Assembly: GCA_949297125.1 (NCBI GenBank)
Contig: CASFRS010000013.1
Location: forward strand, 822-64,821
Source: an uncultured Bacteroidales bacterium
Lineage (GTDB): Bacteria > Bacteroidota > Bacteroidia > Bacteroidales > G3-4614
Length of the DNA stretch: 64,000 bases
Direction of reading: 5' to 3'
Below are positions 27,788 to 37,509 of this stretch, one piece after another. Position 1 is the first letter of the stretch; each line of letters opens with the position of its first letter. A program made the translations under genes and the position numbers. Under the pieces are notes generated by a model. It saw only the letters and a program-made list of their open reading frames with translations, had not been told where the DNA came from and made no database searches.

Positions 27788-27811
27788 CGTGGTTGTATTG
27801 TACAAGGCGGG

Positions 27812-28714
27812 TTAGAATCCGAAGAATCCGCTGACTTTCTCGCGGGTATTGCCTGCCGATTCTATTACAAGCTTGTCCTTGCCTTCGTTATTGAATATGT
27901 CGTTTATCTCGTTTCCTCCTTTGGTTACGTTGCACTTGGTAAGCCCGTCCATTACTTCATCGGCCTTGAGCGCACCTATTTCCTGGTTTACCGTCCGCGA
28001 GCCTATCTGTTTTACGTAATACACCTTGAATACCTGTCCTTTTCTTACACCCATTTCGTTTCCGCCTACTATATAGAGTTCCTTCGCTCCTTTCTTCTTG
28101 TCGACGGACTCTATCATCTCTATGGTAGTGGTGAATTTGAAGTAAGCATCCACAAAACTGCGCATCTCTTTCTTCGCATTTTCAACTGCACTCATGTCGG
28201 CCTTTTCCGAACTGTCGGAGTTTACGCCGGTCAGCTGTATGTTCTTCGACGCTACGGTCGAACCGTCCAGGATGTTATACACCGTCAGGGAGAATGATAT
28301 TTTAGAATACCAGCTGTACGAATCGCCCAATACGTCTTTCTCGCGCGTTACGGTGCGGTCGTTACATTTCCCTTTTACAATGTATTTTGCCCCGAGCGAT
28401 TTATATACCACCTCGCTGTCGCTGTTCAATACGTTCGAGGCATCCACGTCATCTTCTGCAACGCGTTTTGCGCTGAGCGCCTTGAGGGCATCGTTGGTAA
28501 GGGCATCTACTACATGGAAACGGCCTTTGGCTACAAACCCTTCTATTACATTGGCGCGGATTCCTTCTGCAATGTACGACGGAACAGCTACGGTTCTCTC
28601 GAATTCATCTACGATTACGGTCTCTTTCTGAGGATCCGCGCTTTCCTGCGCCGACACGTTGCCTGCAAACAGCACTGCTGCCACTACTACTGACGAAATT
28701 GTTTTAAAGTTCAT
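27812..28714 (-). CDS. secreted CsgG/LpoB-like protein with C-terminal small beta domain (cluster gene A)
   Basis: 300 aa with signal MNFKTISSVVVAAVLFAGNVSA|Q. VIVDEFERTV…IRANVIEGFVAKGRFHVVDALTNDAL…LGAKYIVKGKC…SKISFSLTVYNILDGSTVAS matches the CsgG/LpoB alpha/beta pattern. The C-terminal LYIVGGNEMGVRKGQVFKVYYV is SH3/OB-like. Confidence 0.55.
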   Translation of the reverse strand: MNFKTISSVVVAAVLFAGNVSAQESADPQKETVIVDEFERTVAVPSYIAEGIRANVIEGFVAKGRFHVVDALTNDALKALSAKRVAEDDVDASNVLNSDSEVVYKSLGAKYIVKGKCNDRTVTREKDVLGDSYSWYSKISFSLTVYNILDGSTVASKNIQLTGVNSDSSEKADMSAVENAKKEMRSFVDAYFKFTTTIEMIESVDKKKGAKELYIVGGNEMGVRKGQVFKVYYVKQIGSRTVNQEIGALKADEVMDGLTKCNVTKGGNEINDIFNNEGKDKLVIESAGNTREKVSGFFGF

Positions 28715-28772
28715 GATAATTAAAATGTTTTTGTTTATGATTAGTTCTTGTTATTTGCGTATTTCAAGGTTT

Positions 28773-28780
28773 CAAACATA
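28773..28780 (-). promoter_or_regulatory. -7 box TATGTTTG upstream of cluster gene A
   Basis: rc of caaacata, 59 nt upstream of ATG 28714. Confidence 0.4.
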
Positions 28781-29030
28781 CCTCCTTCTTGCAGGTTATT
28801 GTCGGTTAAGGTTTCGTTCCTCCCTGTCATAGTATAGATTTACACTCTTTCCTCTTCCGCCGATGCAAATTAAACATTAATTTTTTTATTCTACAAATTT
28901 TTTTTATCGCTTTTATACACTACTGAAAACGGTTATTCCATAAAAATCTGACTTTGACCTTTTTCGTCCTCCGGTTCTGATTGCAATACTTTATAGAGGG
29001 GATTTGCCGACAATTTATATCATTGCCGGC

Positions 29031-29077
29031 AAAAAAAACGGATACGGGGGAGGGTATTTCCCTGCCCCCGTATCCGT
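29031..29077 (-). terminator. rho-independent terminator of typA
   Basis: ACGGATACGGGGG…CCCCCGTATCCGT, a perfect 13-bp stem. The minus strand continues with T8. Confidence 0.85.
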
Positions 29078-29112
29078 CCGGCCTTTTCCCGCCGTTTTTA
29101 TTTCGCCGCCTG

Positions 29113-30915
29113 TTACGACTTGTTCTGGCGTTTTCTCTCGGTTTCGTCGAGTATTATTTTCCGCAACCTCAGGTGATGCGGGGTTACTTCGACGTATTCG
29201 TCTTCTTTTATATACTCGAGCGCTTCTTCGAGGCTGAATACTACCGGGGGGATCAGTTTTGTCTTTTCATCGGAACCGGAGGCACGCATGTTGGTAAGTT
29301 TCTTCGATTTGGTTACGTTTACCACTATATCGCCCTCCTTGGCGTTCTCGCCTACTACCTGTCCGGCATAGACTTCATCCTGCGGGAAAATAAAGAAACG
29401 TCCGCGATCCTGCAGCTTGTCTATGGCATAAGCGTATGCCGTACCGGCCTCCATTGCTATAAGCGAACCGTTTGTACGGCGTTCTATCTCGCCTTTCCAC
29501 GGCTGGTACTCGAGGAAACGGTGCGCCATTATGGCTTCGCCAGCCGATGCGGTGAGGACATTGTTGCGCAACCCTATTATCCCGCGCGAGGGGATGGTGA
29601 ACTCCATGTGCACCCTGTCGCCCTGCGTCTCCATGGCGTTGAGTTCGCCTTTCCTGCGGGTTACCATATCTATTATCTTGCTGGAGTACTCTTCCGTAAC
29701 GTTTATGGTGAGCTGCTCTACCGGTTCGCACTTCACCCCGTCTATCTCCTTTACTATAACCTGGGGCTGCCCCACCTGCAGTTCGTACCCTTCGCGGCGC
29801 ATCGTCTCTATCAGTATGGACAAGTGGAGGACGCCGCGCCCGTATACCGTCCACACGTCGGCATCGGGGGCTTTTTCCACCCGCAGCGCAAGGTTGCGGT
29901 CGAGCTCGCGGTTGAGACGGTCGGCTATGTGGCGCGAGGTTACATACTTTCCGTCGCGCCCGAAAAACGGGGAATCGTTGTTGGTAAAGGACATCGACAT
30001 TGTAGGCTCGTCGATTGCTATCCGCTTCAACGGTTCGGGATTTGCCGGATCGGATATGGTATCGCCTATCTCGAAGCCGTCTATCCCCACCAGTGCGCAT
30101 ATATCGCCCGACGAGGCTTCGGCCACCTTGTTGCGCCCGAGGCCTTCAAATACGTGCAACTCCTTTATGCGCTGCCTTACTACGCTGCCGTCGCGCTTGC
30201 AGAGGGCCACGTCCATCCCCTCGCGCAGCGTCCCGCGGTGTATGCGGCCCACGGCAATGCGGCCCACGTACGACGAGAAGTCGAGCGACGTTATCAGCAT
30301 CTGCGGCGCACCTTCAAGTTGCGGCGGCGCGGGGATTGTCTCTATTATAGTGTCGAGAAGCACGTTTATGTCGGTCGTAGGCTTGCGCCAGTCAAGCGAC
30401 ATCCAGTTCTGCTTGGCCGAACCGAACACCGTGGGGAAGTCCAGCTGCTCTTCACTGGCATTGAGGTTGAACATCAGGTCGAAGACCATCTCCTGCACCT
30501 CGTCGGGACGGCAGTTGGGCTTGTCCACCTTGTTCACCACCACTATGGGTTTCAACCCCATCTCTATCGCTTTCTGCAAAACGAAACGGGTTTGCGGCAT
30601 GGGCCCTTCAAAGGCATCGACCAGCAGCAGACAACCGTCGGCCATGTTCAGCACCCGCTCGACTTCACCGCCGAAATCGGCGTGCCCCGGAGTATCTATT
30701 ATGTTTATCTTACACCCTTTATAGCGTATGGATACGTTCTTGGAGAGAATGGTTATCCCCCGCTCGCGCTCCAAATCGTTGTTGTCGAGTATCAGCTCTC
30801 CCGAATTCTGGTTGTCCCTGAAAAGTTTGCCGGCCAACAGCATCTTGTCTACAAGCGTGGTCTTCCCGTGGTCTACGTGCGCTATTATGGCTACGTTTCT
30901 TATATCTTGCTGCAT
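29113..30915 (-). CDS. typA: translational GTPase TypA/BipA
   Basis: 600 aa, [26 protein letters not shown]…[14 protein letters not shown]…NKVD. Confidence 0.95.
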   Translation of the reverse strand: MQQDIRNVAIIAHVDHGKTTLVDKMLLAGKLFRDNQNSGELILDNNDLERERGITILSKNVSIRYKGCKINIIDTPGHADFGGEVERVLNMADGCLLLVDAFEGPMPQTRFVLQKAIEMGLKPIVVVNKVDKPNCRPDEVQEMVFDLMFNLNASEEQLDFPTVFGSAKQNWMSLDWRKPTTDINVLLDTIIETIPAPPQLEGAPQMLITSLDFSSYVGRIAVGRIHRGTLREGMDVALCKRDGSVVRQRIKELHVFEGLGRNKVAEASSGDICALVGIDGFEIGDTISDPANPEPLKRIAIDEPTMSMSFTNNDSPFFGRDGKYVTSRHIADRLNRELDRNLALRVEKAPDADVWTVYGRGVLHLSILIETMRREGYELQVGQPQVIVKEIDGVKCEPVEQLTINVTEEYSSKIIDMVTRRKGELNAMETQGDRVHMEFTIPSRGIIGLRNNVLTASAGEAIMAHRFLEYQPWKGEIERRTNGSLIAMEAGTAYAYAIDKLQDRGRFFIFPQDEVYAGQVVGENAKEGDIVVNVTKSKKLTNMRASGSDEKTKLIPPVVFSLEEALEYIKEDEYVEVTPHHLRLRKIILDETERKRQNKS

Positions 30916-30938
30916 ATCGTCTTGTTTTTAAGGCGGTG

Positions 30939-30946
30939 CAAAGGTA
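30939..30946 (-). promoter_or_regulatory. -7 box TACCTTTG for typA
   Basis: rc of caaaggta, 24 nt upstream of the ATG. Confidence 0.55.
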
Positions 30947-30982
30947 GTAAATATTTGCTTATGGCGGCATACCGCCATTTCT

Positions 30983-31020
30983 AAAAACAGAAAGTGCCGC
31001 GAAAACATTCCGCAGCACTT
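30983..31020 (-). terminator. terminator of rpsO
   Basis: AAGTGCCGCG…CGCAGCACTT stem with one G-U pair. The minus strand continues tttctgttttt. Confidence 0.6.
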
Positions 31021-31045
31021 TTCCGTAATTCCGTAACCATCAGGC

Positions 31046-31315
31046 TTACTTTCTGATTCCGAGCTCTTTTATTATGGCACGGTAACGTTCTATGTCTATC
31101 TTTGCAAGATAGTCGAGCAGACGGCGACGTTTTCCTACCAACATTCTAAGTGCCCTTTCTGTGCTATAATCCTTGTGATTTGACTTGAGGTGCTCAGTCA
31201 AATGAGATATACGGTATGAGAATAATGCTATCTGGGACTCGGGAGAACCAGTATCAGTATTGGACTTTCCGTACTTCTCAAAGATTTCTCTCTTTTTTTC
31301 AGAAGTTAAATACAT
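31046..31315 (-). CDS. rpsO: 30S ribosomal protein S15
   Basis: 89 aa, MYLTSEKKREIFEKYGKSNTDTGSPESQIALFSYRISHLTEHLK…. Confidence 0.95.
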   Translation of the reverse strand: MYLTSEKKREIFEKYGKSNTDTGSPESQIALFSYRISHLTEHLKSNHKDYSTERALRMLVGKRRRLLDYLAKIDIERYRAIIKELGIRK

Positions 31316-31356
31316 CTTTCTGTACTTTTAAAATTAATTTTTTGTTTTTGCGGTTG

Positions 31357-31364
31357 CAAAGTTA
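31357..31364 (-). promoter_or_regulatory. -7 box TAACTTTG for rpsO
   Basis: rc of caaagtta, 42 nt upstream of the ATG. Confidence 0.5.
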
Positions 31365-31497
31365 CAACTAATTATTTTTCTGTGCAACTGTTTGCATTAT
31401 TAATATTTTTGCCGACACCATTCAGGCCCTCGTGCGTACGGCGGAGGGCTTCCGCCTGCGGGGGCGTGCACGTTTACGGCATGCGGGGTGCCGCTTT

Positions 31498-32001
31498 TTA
31501 CCTCTCCTTCCTGTCGTAAACCACAAAGGCGTACGGATAGGGATTGTCGCCGTCTGCGGGGTTTTCCTGCCGCGAAATTTCCCGCCACCGCCCCAGGTCT
31601 ATCGGCGGGAAGTGTTTGTCGGCATCGGGGAATGTGCCGCCTATTTCTGTTATGTACAGGCGGTCCGCCACATCTATCGTCTGCCTGTATATCTCTTCGC
31701 CCCCTATGATGAATATCTCTTTCTCGGCTAGCAGCTTCTCGGCCGTCAAGGCAACGGAGAGGTCGGGATATGTTACCGTGCCGGGGTAACGGGCGCCGCT
31801 CCGCGTTACCACTATGTTCCTGCGTCCCGGCAACGCCCCCTTGGGCAGGGAAAGGAATGTTTTGCGCCCCATTATTATGGTATGCCCCATTGTAAGGTTC
31901 TTGAAATACTTCATGTCGCCCTTGAGACGGCACAACAGCCCGTTGCCGCGCCCTATCGCCCCGTCGGAGGCCACCGCCGCCACTATCGATATTTCCGTCA
32001 T
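31498..32001 (-). CDS. folA: dihydrofolate reductase
   Basis: 167 aa, …[44 protein letters not shown]… 4-nt overlap with thyA. Confidence 0.92.
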   Translation of the reverse strand: MTEISIVAAVASDGAIGRGNGLLCRLKGDMKYFKNLTMGHTIIMGRKTFLSLPKGALPGRRNIVVTRSGARYPGTVTYPDLSVALTAEKLLAEKEIFIIGGEEIYRQTIDVADRLYITEIGGTFPDADKHFPPIDLGRWREISRQENPADGDNPYPYAFVVYDRKER

Positions 32002-32792
32002 ACTGATACCTGCGCTTTTATATGTGGATACGGGTTATAATCTTCAAGGACGAAATCTTCGTACTTGAAACCGAATATGTCCTTTACGTCGGGATTTATA
32101 TTCATCTTCGGGAGCGGACGCGGCTCGCGCGTGAGCTGCAGGCGCGCCTGCTCTATATGGTTGCTGTACAGGTGGGCATCGCCGAAGGTATGTACGAAAT
32201 CCCCCTCCTGAAGGCCCGTTACCTGCGCCATCATCTTCAGCAGCAGCGCATACGAGGCTATGTTGAACGGCACGCCGAGGAATATGTCGGCGCTGCGCTG
32301 GTACAGTTGCAGCGAAAGCTTGCCGTCGGCCACGTAAAACTGGAAAAAGGCATGGCACGGGGGCAGGTTCATGCGCGACAGGTCGGCCACGTTCCACGAA
32401 CTGACTATTATGCGCCGCGAATAGGGGTTGTTTTTTAGGGTATCGACGGCTTCCTGTATCTGGTCTATGTGCCCCCCTTCGTAGTCGGGCCACGAACGCC
32501 ACTGGTATCCGTATATGTGCCCGAGCGAACCGTCGGGGTCGGCCCATTCGTTCCATATCCTGACCCCGTGTTCCTGCAGGTACTTCACGTTGGTGTCGCC
32601 GTTAAGGAACCATAAAAGCTCGTATATTATCGATTTCAGATGCAGTTTCTTCGTGGTGAGCAGAGGAAACCCGTCGGACATGCGGAAACGCATCTGATGC
32701 CCGAACACCGATATTGTTCCGGTACCTGTACGGTCTTCCTTGTGTACGCCTTCGTCCAGGACCCTCTGCAGCAGTTGTAGGTATTGTTTCAT
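31998..32792 (-). CDS. thyA: thymidylate synthase (ThyA type)
   Basis: 264 aa, [31 protein letters not shown]…[12 protein letters not shown]. Confidence 0.96.
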   Translation of the reverse strand: MKQYLQLLQRVLDEGVHKEDRTGTGTISVFGHQMRFRMSDGFPLLTTKKLHLKSIIYELLWFLNGDTNVKYLQEHGVRIWNEWADPDGSLGHIYGYQWRSWPDYEGGHIDQIQEAVDTLKNNPYSRRIIVSSWNVADLSRMNLPPCHAFFQFYVADGKLSLQLYQRSADIFLGVPFNIASYALLLKMMAQVTGLQEGDFVHTFGDAHLYSNHIEQARLQLTREPRPLPKMNINPDVKDIFGFKYEDFVLEDYNPYPHIKAQVSV

Positions 32793-32811
32793 TGCCTGTT
32801 TTGTTTTTACG

Positions 32812-33780
32812 TTAGTATCCTGCGCGGTATTTCCCTTGTGTTATGTCGTCGAGGATACTCAGATACGACGCATAGCGGGTCATGCTTATCTCTTGCCGTT
32901 CAATCGCTTCCAGTACTGCGCATCCGGGTTCGTTGCGGTGCGTACAGTCGGCAAAACGGCACTTGCCCGATATGCGGAATATTTCGGGGAAATAGTGGGC
33001 CACCTCTTTTTCGTTGAAATCGATTGTGCCGAACCCCTTTATGCCGGGAGTATCTATTATATACCCTCCGCCGGGCAGCGGGTACATTTCGGAGAATGTA
33101 GTGGTGTGCATCCCTTTGTGGTGTACTGCGGAAATTTCCCCTACCTTCAGTTCCAACCCGGGTATCAGAGCGTTTATAAGGCTCGACTTCCCTACCCCGG
33201 AATTGCCCGAAAGAAGCGTGATTTTATCGGAGAGCAAGGCCCTTACGCAGTCTACGCCCTGCCCGGTTACGGCCGACACTTCAAGTGTTGCATACCCTAT
33301 CTCTTCGTACATGGCCCGGTATGCCATTGCCGTCTCGCGCTCTTCCGGGGTGTAGATGTCGGCCTTGTTGAAGACAAGTACCGCCGGTACGGAGTAGGCT
33401 TCGGCCGTAGCGAGGAAACGGTCCATGAAAACCGCACTCGTTTCGGGTGCGGCTACCGTTACTATCAGCATGGCCTGCGATATGTTGGCCGCCAGTATGT
33501 GCGCCTCTTTCGACAGGTTCGAGGCGCGCCGTATGATATAGTTGGCCCGCGGTTCTATTGCCGTAATGTAGCCTGTCCCGTCGCCGGCCTCGGAGACTTC
33601 GACCCTGTCGCCTACGGCTACGGGGTTTGTGGTGCGTATCCCTTTTAAACGGAAATGCCCCTTTACCTTGCAGTTGACAAGATGCCCGTCGGGCATCTGC
33701 ACCCTGTATCCGCTGCCTGTGTTTTTTATTACGAGTCCTGACAATGGTACGCTGTTCCGTAAAGACGTTTCCCGGGGCAT
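32812..33780 (-). CDS. rsgA: ribosome small-subunit-dependent GTPase A
   Basis: 322 aa. Circularly permuted GTPase (VFNKAD … [10 protein letters not shown]) with a C-terminal Zn-finger ([14 protein letters not shown]). Confidence 0.9.
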   Translation of the reverse strand: MPRETSLRNSVPLSGLVIKNTGSGYRVQMPDGHLVNCKVKGHFRLKGIRTTNPVAVGDRVEVSEAGDGTGYITAIEPRANYIIRRASNLSKEAHILAANISQAMLIVTVAAPETSAVFMDRFLATAEAYSVPAVLVFNKADIYTPEERETAMAYRAMYEEIGYATLEVSAVTGQGVDCVRALLSDKITLLSGNSGVGKSSLINALIPGLELKVGEISAVHHKGMHTTTFSEMYPLPGGGYIIDTPGIKGFGTIDFNEKEVAHYFPEIFRISGKCRFADCTHRNEPGCAVLEAIERQEISMTRYASYLSILDDITQGKYRAGY

Positions 33781-33836
33781 GCCCTGCGGGGTGATTTTCT
33801 CCCGCAGGTGCCATACTCCGTGAATTCGCCCCTTAT

Positions 33837-34397
33837 TTATACAGTGAGTATCTCTTTTTCCTTTACCGAGAATACTTCGTCTACCTGCTTTATGAATTTG
33901 TCATGCAGTTTCTGTATGCTCTCCTCGCCATCTTTTGCCATATCTTCGGGCATGCCGTTCTTCTGCGCCTTTTTGAGAGCCTCGATTGCATCGCGGCGGG
34001 CGTTGCGTACGGAGACTTTTGCCGTTTCGGCTTCCTGTTTCGCCCGCTTTACAAGGTCGCGGCGGCGGTCTTCCGTTATAGGCGGTATACCCAACCGGAT
34101 ATGCTCGCCGTTGTTTTCGGGAGTTATGCCTATGCTCGAGTTCTGAACGGCCTTCTCTATCTCTTTAAGCATGCTTTTTTCCCACGGCTGTATCATTATG
34201 GTCTTTGCATCGGGTATAACAATGGTCGCTACCTGCGATACGGGTACGGACGACCCGTAGTAATCTACTTTTACCGAATCGAGCAGGCGCGCCGAGGCTT
34301 TGCCCGCGCGTATCGTAGCCAATGCTTCATCGAGGTATGTAACGCTCATCTCCATTTTCTTCTGGGCGGCGTCCATGATTTCTTTTACTTCTGCCAT
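33837..34397 (-). CDS. frr: ribosome recycling factor
   Basis: 186 aa, …[30 protein letters not shown]…. Confidence 0.95.
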   Translation of the reverse strand: MAEVKEIMDAAQKKMEMSVTYLDEALATIRAGKASARLLDSVKVDYYGSSVPVSQVATIVIPDAKTIMIQPWEKSMLKEIEKAVQNSSIGITPENNGEHIRLGIPPITEDRRRDLVKRAKQEAETAKVSVRNARRDAIEALKKAQKNGMPEDMAKDGEESIQKLHDKFIKQVDEVFSVKEKEILTV

Positions 34398-34435
34398 AGT
34401 TATCGTTTTTTCTGTTTCCGTTTTTTATGATTATC

Positions 34436-35158
34436 CTATTTCCCGGCCATATATACCAGAGTACCTATGTTCTCGCCGGCCAGCACCTTTGCCAGGTTCC
34501 CCGGGGTATCCATGTCGAACACGATTATAGGCAACGAGTTCTCCCGGCACAGCGTCGTTGCCGTCAGGTCCATTATCCGAAGGTTGCGGGCGTATATTTC
34601 GTCGTAGGTTATCCTGTCGAACTTAACGGCGTTCCTGTCCTTTTCCGGGTCGGCCGTATAGATTCCGTCCACGCGCGTGCCTTTGAGCATCACGTCGGCT
34701 TCTATCTCCACACCCCGCAAAGCCGAAGCCGTATCGGTGGTGAAGTAGGGGTTTCCGGTCCCGCCTGCCATTATGGCGACCTTCCCCTCCTTCAACGCCT
34801 GTATGGCTTTATGTTTGCTGTAGTGTTCGCCTATAGGGTACATGTTGACTGCCGTAAAGACCGTTGCCTCTTTTCCTGCTGCCGCAAGCGCCGACTGCAA
34901 GGCAAGGCTGTTTATCACGGTTGCCAGCATCCCCATCTGGTCGCCCCGCACCCGGTCGAACCCCTTGTCCGTCCCGCTGAGGCCGCGGAATATGTTCCCC
35001 CCGCCTATCACTATTCCCACTTCTGTACCGCCGTCGGAAATTTCCTTTATCTGCCGCGCATACGACGCCAGACGGTTTTCGTCTATTCCGAACCCCTTCT
35101 CGCCCATCAGCGACTCTCCGCTGAGTTTCAACAGTATTCTCTTGTATTTGGCATTCAT
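34436..35158 (-). CDS. pyrH: UMP kinase
   Basis: 240 aa, MNAKYKRILLKLSGESLMG…GGGNIFRG…. Confidence 0.95.
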   Translation of the reverse strand: MNAKYKRILLKLSGESLMGEKGFGIDENRLASYARQIKEISDGGTEVGIVIGGGNIFRGLSGTDKGFDRVRGDQMGMLATVINSLALQSALAAAGKEATVFTAVNMYPIGEHYSKHKAIQALKEGKVAIMAGGTGNPYFTTDTASALRGVEIEADVMLKGTRVDGIYTADPEKDRNAVKFDRITYDEIYARNLRIMDLTATTLCRENSLPIIVFDMDTPGNLAKVLAGENIGTLVYMAGK

Positions 35159-35181
35159 TTTGTTCCGTGTTGTTTGTCGCT

Positions 35182-35189
35182 CAAAATTA
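35182..35189 (-). promoter_or_regulatory. -7 box TAATTTTG for pyrH-frr
   Basis: rc of caaaatta, 24 nt upstream of the ATG. Confidence 0.5.
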
Positions 35190-35278
35190 AAATATTTTTA
35201 CCGAAATTCTATATCTGCCGCAACAAAAATCCATAATTCCGGCTCTTTTTTCTTATCTTCGTGCCATAGCTGAATTGT

Positions 35279-36175
35279 ATGACCGCATATATGTACAGAA
35301 CCCTTTTCTTCCTCGCGCTTTCTTTTTTTGCATGGTTCTCCGCGACGGCGCAGGAAGTCAACTCCATTTTGCTGCGCAAGGCCGAGACGCACTTCGACAA
35401 CGGGGAATGGAAGGAAGCCGCGGCCATGTTCAACGTACTGATAAACGAGTCGCCTTCGGTTCTGGGGCTCTATCCCTACGCTGTCGCATCGAATGACCTC
35501 GGGGGAGACAGGGACGGGGTTATGGCGGCCGTGGTACTGTCGGAAAAAAGCGGGATACCGCTCGACTCCCTCTTTACAAGGACAAAGAAGTTCTGTACCC
35601 TGTTCGGCGATAACGGCATTTATGAGAGACTGCTGCTTTCGATAAAAGGCGAACAGCCGTGGTTCAAAAGGATTGTAAACAGATATTTGCTGAGTTTCTA
35701 TATTGAGAGGAAAGAGAATGCCAAGGGGTTGGGCATTGTGGATGAAGCTCTGGAAGCTTATCCGGACAACCCCTCCCTGCTGAAGTCGAAAGCCATGATT
35801 CTTGCCGACTTGGGGAAGTTAGACGCGGCGGCAGACTGCATGGAGAAGGTTCTCCTCCTCAATCCTTCCGCCGATGACGCCAGGCTGTTCCTCGGCAACT
35901 ACTGCTTCATAAAGGGGGAGGAATTCTACGACAGGGCGACAGGCTTTTCCGGCACAGATGTACCCGATTCGGTTTCCGTTGCGGCTTCCGACACGACAGA
36001 TTGCCGCAGCATGGCGCGCATCTTGTTCTTGCGGGCCTCGGAATATCTCAATCCGGACAGCAACGGCACCGTTACGCCCTACGTACGGAACACCGTAAAC
36101 ATTATCAGGGAGAGGCTCGAGGCCCTGACAGACCCGGCACCGGCCGTCCCGAAGCAAACGGCAAGGCCTAAATAA
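35279..36175 (+). CDS. TPR-repeat protein with signal peptide
   Basis: 298 aa, …YRTLFFLALSFFAWFSATAQE, with several TPR-like helical repeats (…EALEAYPDNPSLLKSKAMILADLGKLDAAADCMEKVLLLNP…). Confidence 0.6.
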   Translation: MTAYMYRTLFFLALSFFAWFSATAQEVNSILLRKAETHFDNGEWKEAAAMFNVLINESPSVLGLYPYAVASNDLGGDRDGVMAAVVLSEKSGIPLDSLFTRTKKFCTLFGDNGIYERLLLSIKGEQPWFKRIVNRYLLSFYIERKENAKGLGIVDEALEAYPDNPSLLKSKAMILADLGKLDAAADCMEKVLLLNPSADDARLFLGNYCFIKGEEFYDRATGFSGTDVPDSVSVAASDTTDCRSMARILFLRASEYLNPDSNGTVTPYVRNTVNIIRERLEALTDPAPAVPKQTARPK

Positions 36176-36911
36176 TGAATGCCACTTCCTTGAACCTGTA
36201 GCTGCCTATTGTCCCGTCCGTCTCGCACAGCACCAGTTCCCCGCCCGGAGTTACAGAACATATCATTGCCGTAAATTCCCGTCCGTTGCTGGAATAGGGA
36301 TAGAACCCGCGGGAACGGTACAGAGCCTCCCTGTACTCAGCATCCGCCTTGGCACTCCCGCATGATTCATATTCTTCCATCCCCTGCATCACCCTGCGCG
36401 TTATCTGCCCCATTATGTCCGAGGCCGGACTCTCTTCGCCCGTTATCTGCAGCAACGAAACCGGATTGGGTACGGACGAAGCGAATGCACGCTGGTTCAG
36501 GTTCAGGCCTATACCTACTATGGATGTGTCGATATATTCGCCAGTTATGGAATTTTCGGTTATGAAGCCGCATATTTTCCGGTCTTTCCAGTATATGTCG
36601 TTCGGCCACTTTATGCTGAACCCGGGGGCATACTGTTCGAGAGTCCTGTATATGGCAACGGATACTATCTGCTGGATTGCAAACCCGGCGGCGGCTTTTA
36701 TGCCGCGCGGGCGGAGAAGGATGCTGAACAGCAGGTTCTTCCCGCGCTGCGACTCCCAGCGGTGTCCCCGCTGCCCCCGCCCGGAATGCTGATAGGCCGC
36801 CCTTACCGCGGTATAGGCCGGAGTATCCGGTTCGGCCGCTATCAGGCGCGCAAGGTAACTGTTTGTGGAATCGGTCTCATCCAGATATATGTATGCGGTT
36901 TCATTATCCAT
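36168..36911 (-). CDS. birA: biotin--[acetyl-CoA-carboxylase] ligase (class I, no HTH)
   Basis: 247 aa with GRGQRGHRWES (GRGRxGRxW motif). It overlaps the yraN stop by 8 nt. Confidence 0.88.
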   Translation of the reverse strand: MDNETAYIYLDETDSTNSYLARLIAAEPDTPAYTAVRAAYQHSGRGQRGHRWESQRGKNLLFSILLRPRGIKAAAGFAIQQIVSVAIYRTLEQYAPGFSIKWPNDIYWKDRKICGFITENSITGEYIDTSIVGIGLNLNQRAFASSVPNPVSLLQITGEESPASDIMGQITRRVMQGMEEYESCGSAKADAEYREALYRSRGFYPYSSNGREFTAMICSVTPGGELVLCETDGTIGSYRFKEVAFII

Positions 36912-37296
36912 ATTTGTCCATGTTTTGCGTGTACGGTACGAATGCGTCCTTTATATGCTCTATTTTGTATTCTCCGTCCCGGCCAGACGGAAAGACTACG
37001 GATATTATGTCGAAGCGGACGTCGAACGCATGCGGCAACCGGGCCAGGTATGCATCGGCGGCGCTTGCTACGTTGCGTATCTTCGCCGGGGTTATGAACT
37101 CCTCGGGCTCGCCGTATTCTTCGCTCGTCCGGGTCTTGACCTCCACTATTACTATTTCGAGCGAATCCATGGCGATTATGTCTATTTCCTTTTTACCGCT
37201 GCGCCAGTTCCGCTCGCATATGGCATACCCTTCGGACTTGAGGTGCTCTACGGCAAGGTCTTCCCCCAGCTTTCCTATGTTGTTATGACGCGCCAT
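36904..37296 (-). CDS. yraN: YraN-family (UPF0102) endonuclease-like protein
   Basis: 130 aa, …GEDLAVEHLKSEGYAICERNWRSGKKEIDIIA…VIVEVKTR…. Confidence 0.85.
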   Translation of the reverse strand: MARHNNIGKLGEDLAVEHLKSEGYAICERNWRSGKKEIDIIAMDSLEIVIVEVKTRTSEEYGEPEEFITPAKIRNVASAADAYLARLPHAFDVRFDIISVVFPSGRDGEYKIEHIKDAFVPYTQNMDKYG

Positions 37297-37509
37297 TCCG
37301 ACAGATTATGACATAGTTGCAATATCAATTCGCGAAGTTAATATTTTTACCGTACATGTGTCCCTGTTTCCGCCATATTTATCTCTTCCGACTGTTGTCC
37401 CGGCCATTATGCCGCTCCGGTGTTTTAACAGATTATTATCGGCTTTTATATTGTCATATCGATTTATTGCGCTATCTTCGCCAGTATATTGTTTACTTTA
37501 ATATTAATC

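Noticed and set aside
28981-30984. 667-aa plus-strand ORF covering the whole typA locus
   Set aside because: It lies antisense to a clearly conserved GTPase gene. Its composition (Y/R/H/G/V-rich, no motifs) is typical of shadow ORFs opposite highly expressed, GC3-biased genes.
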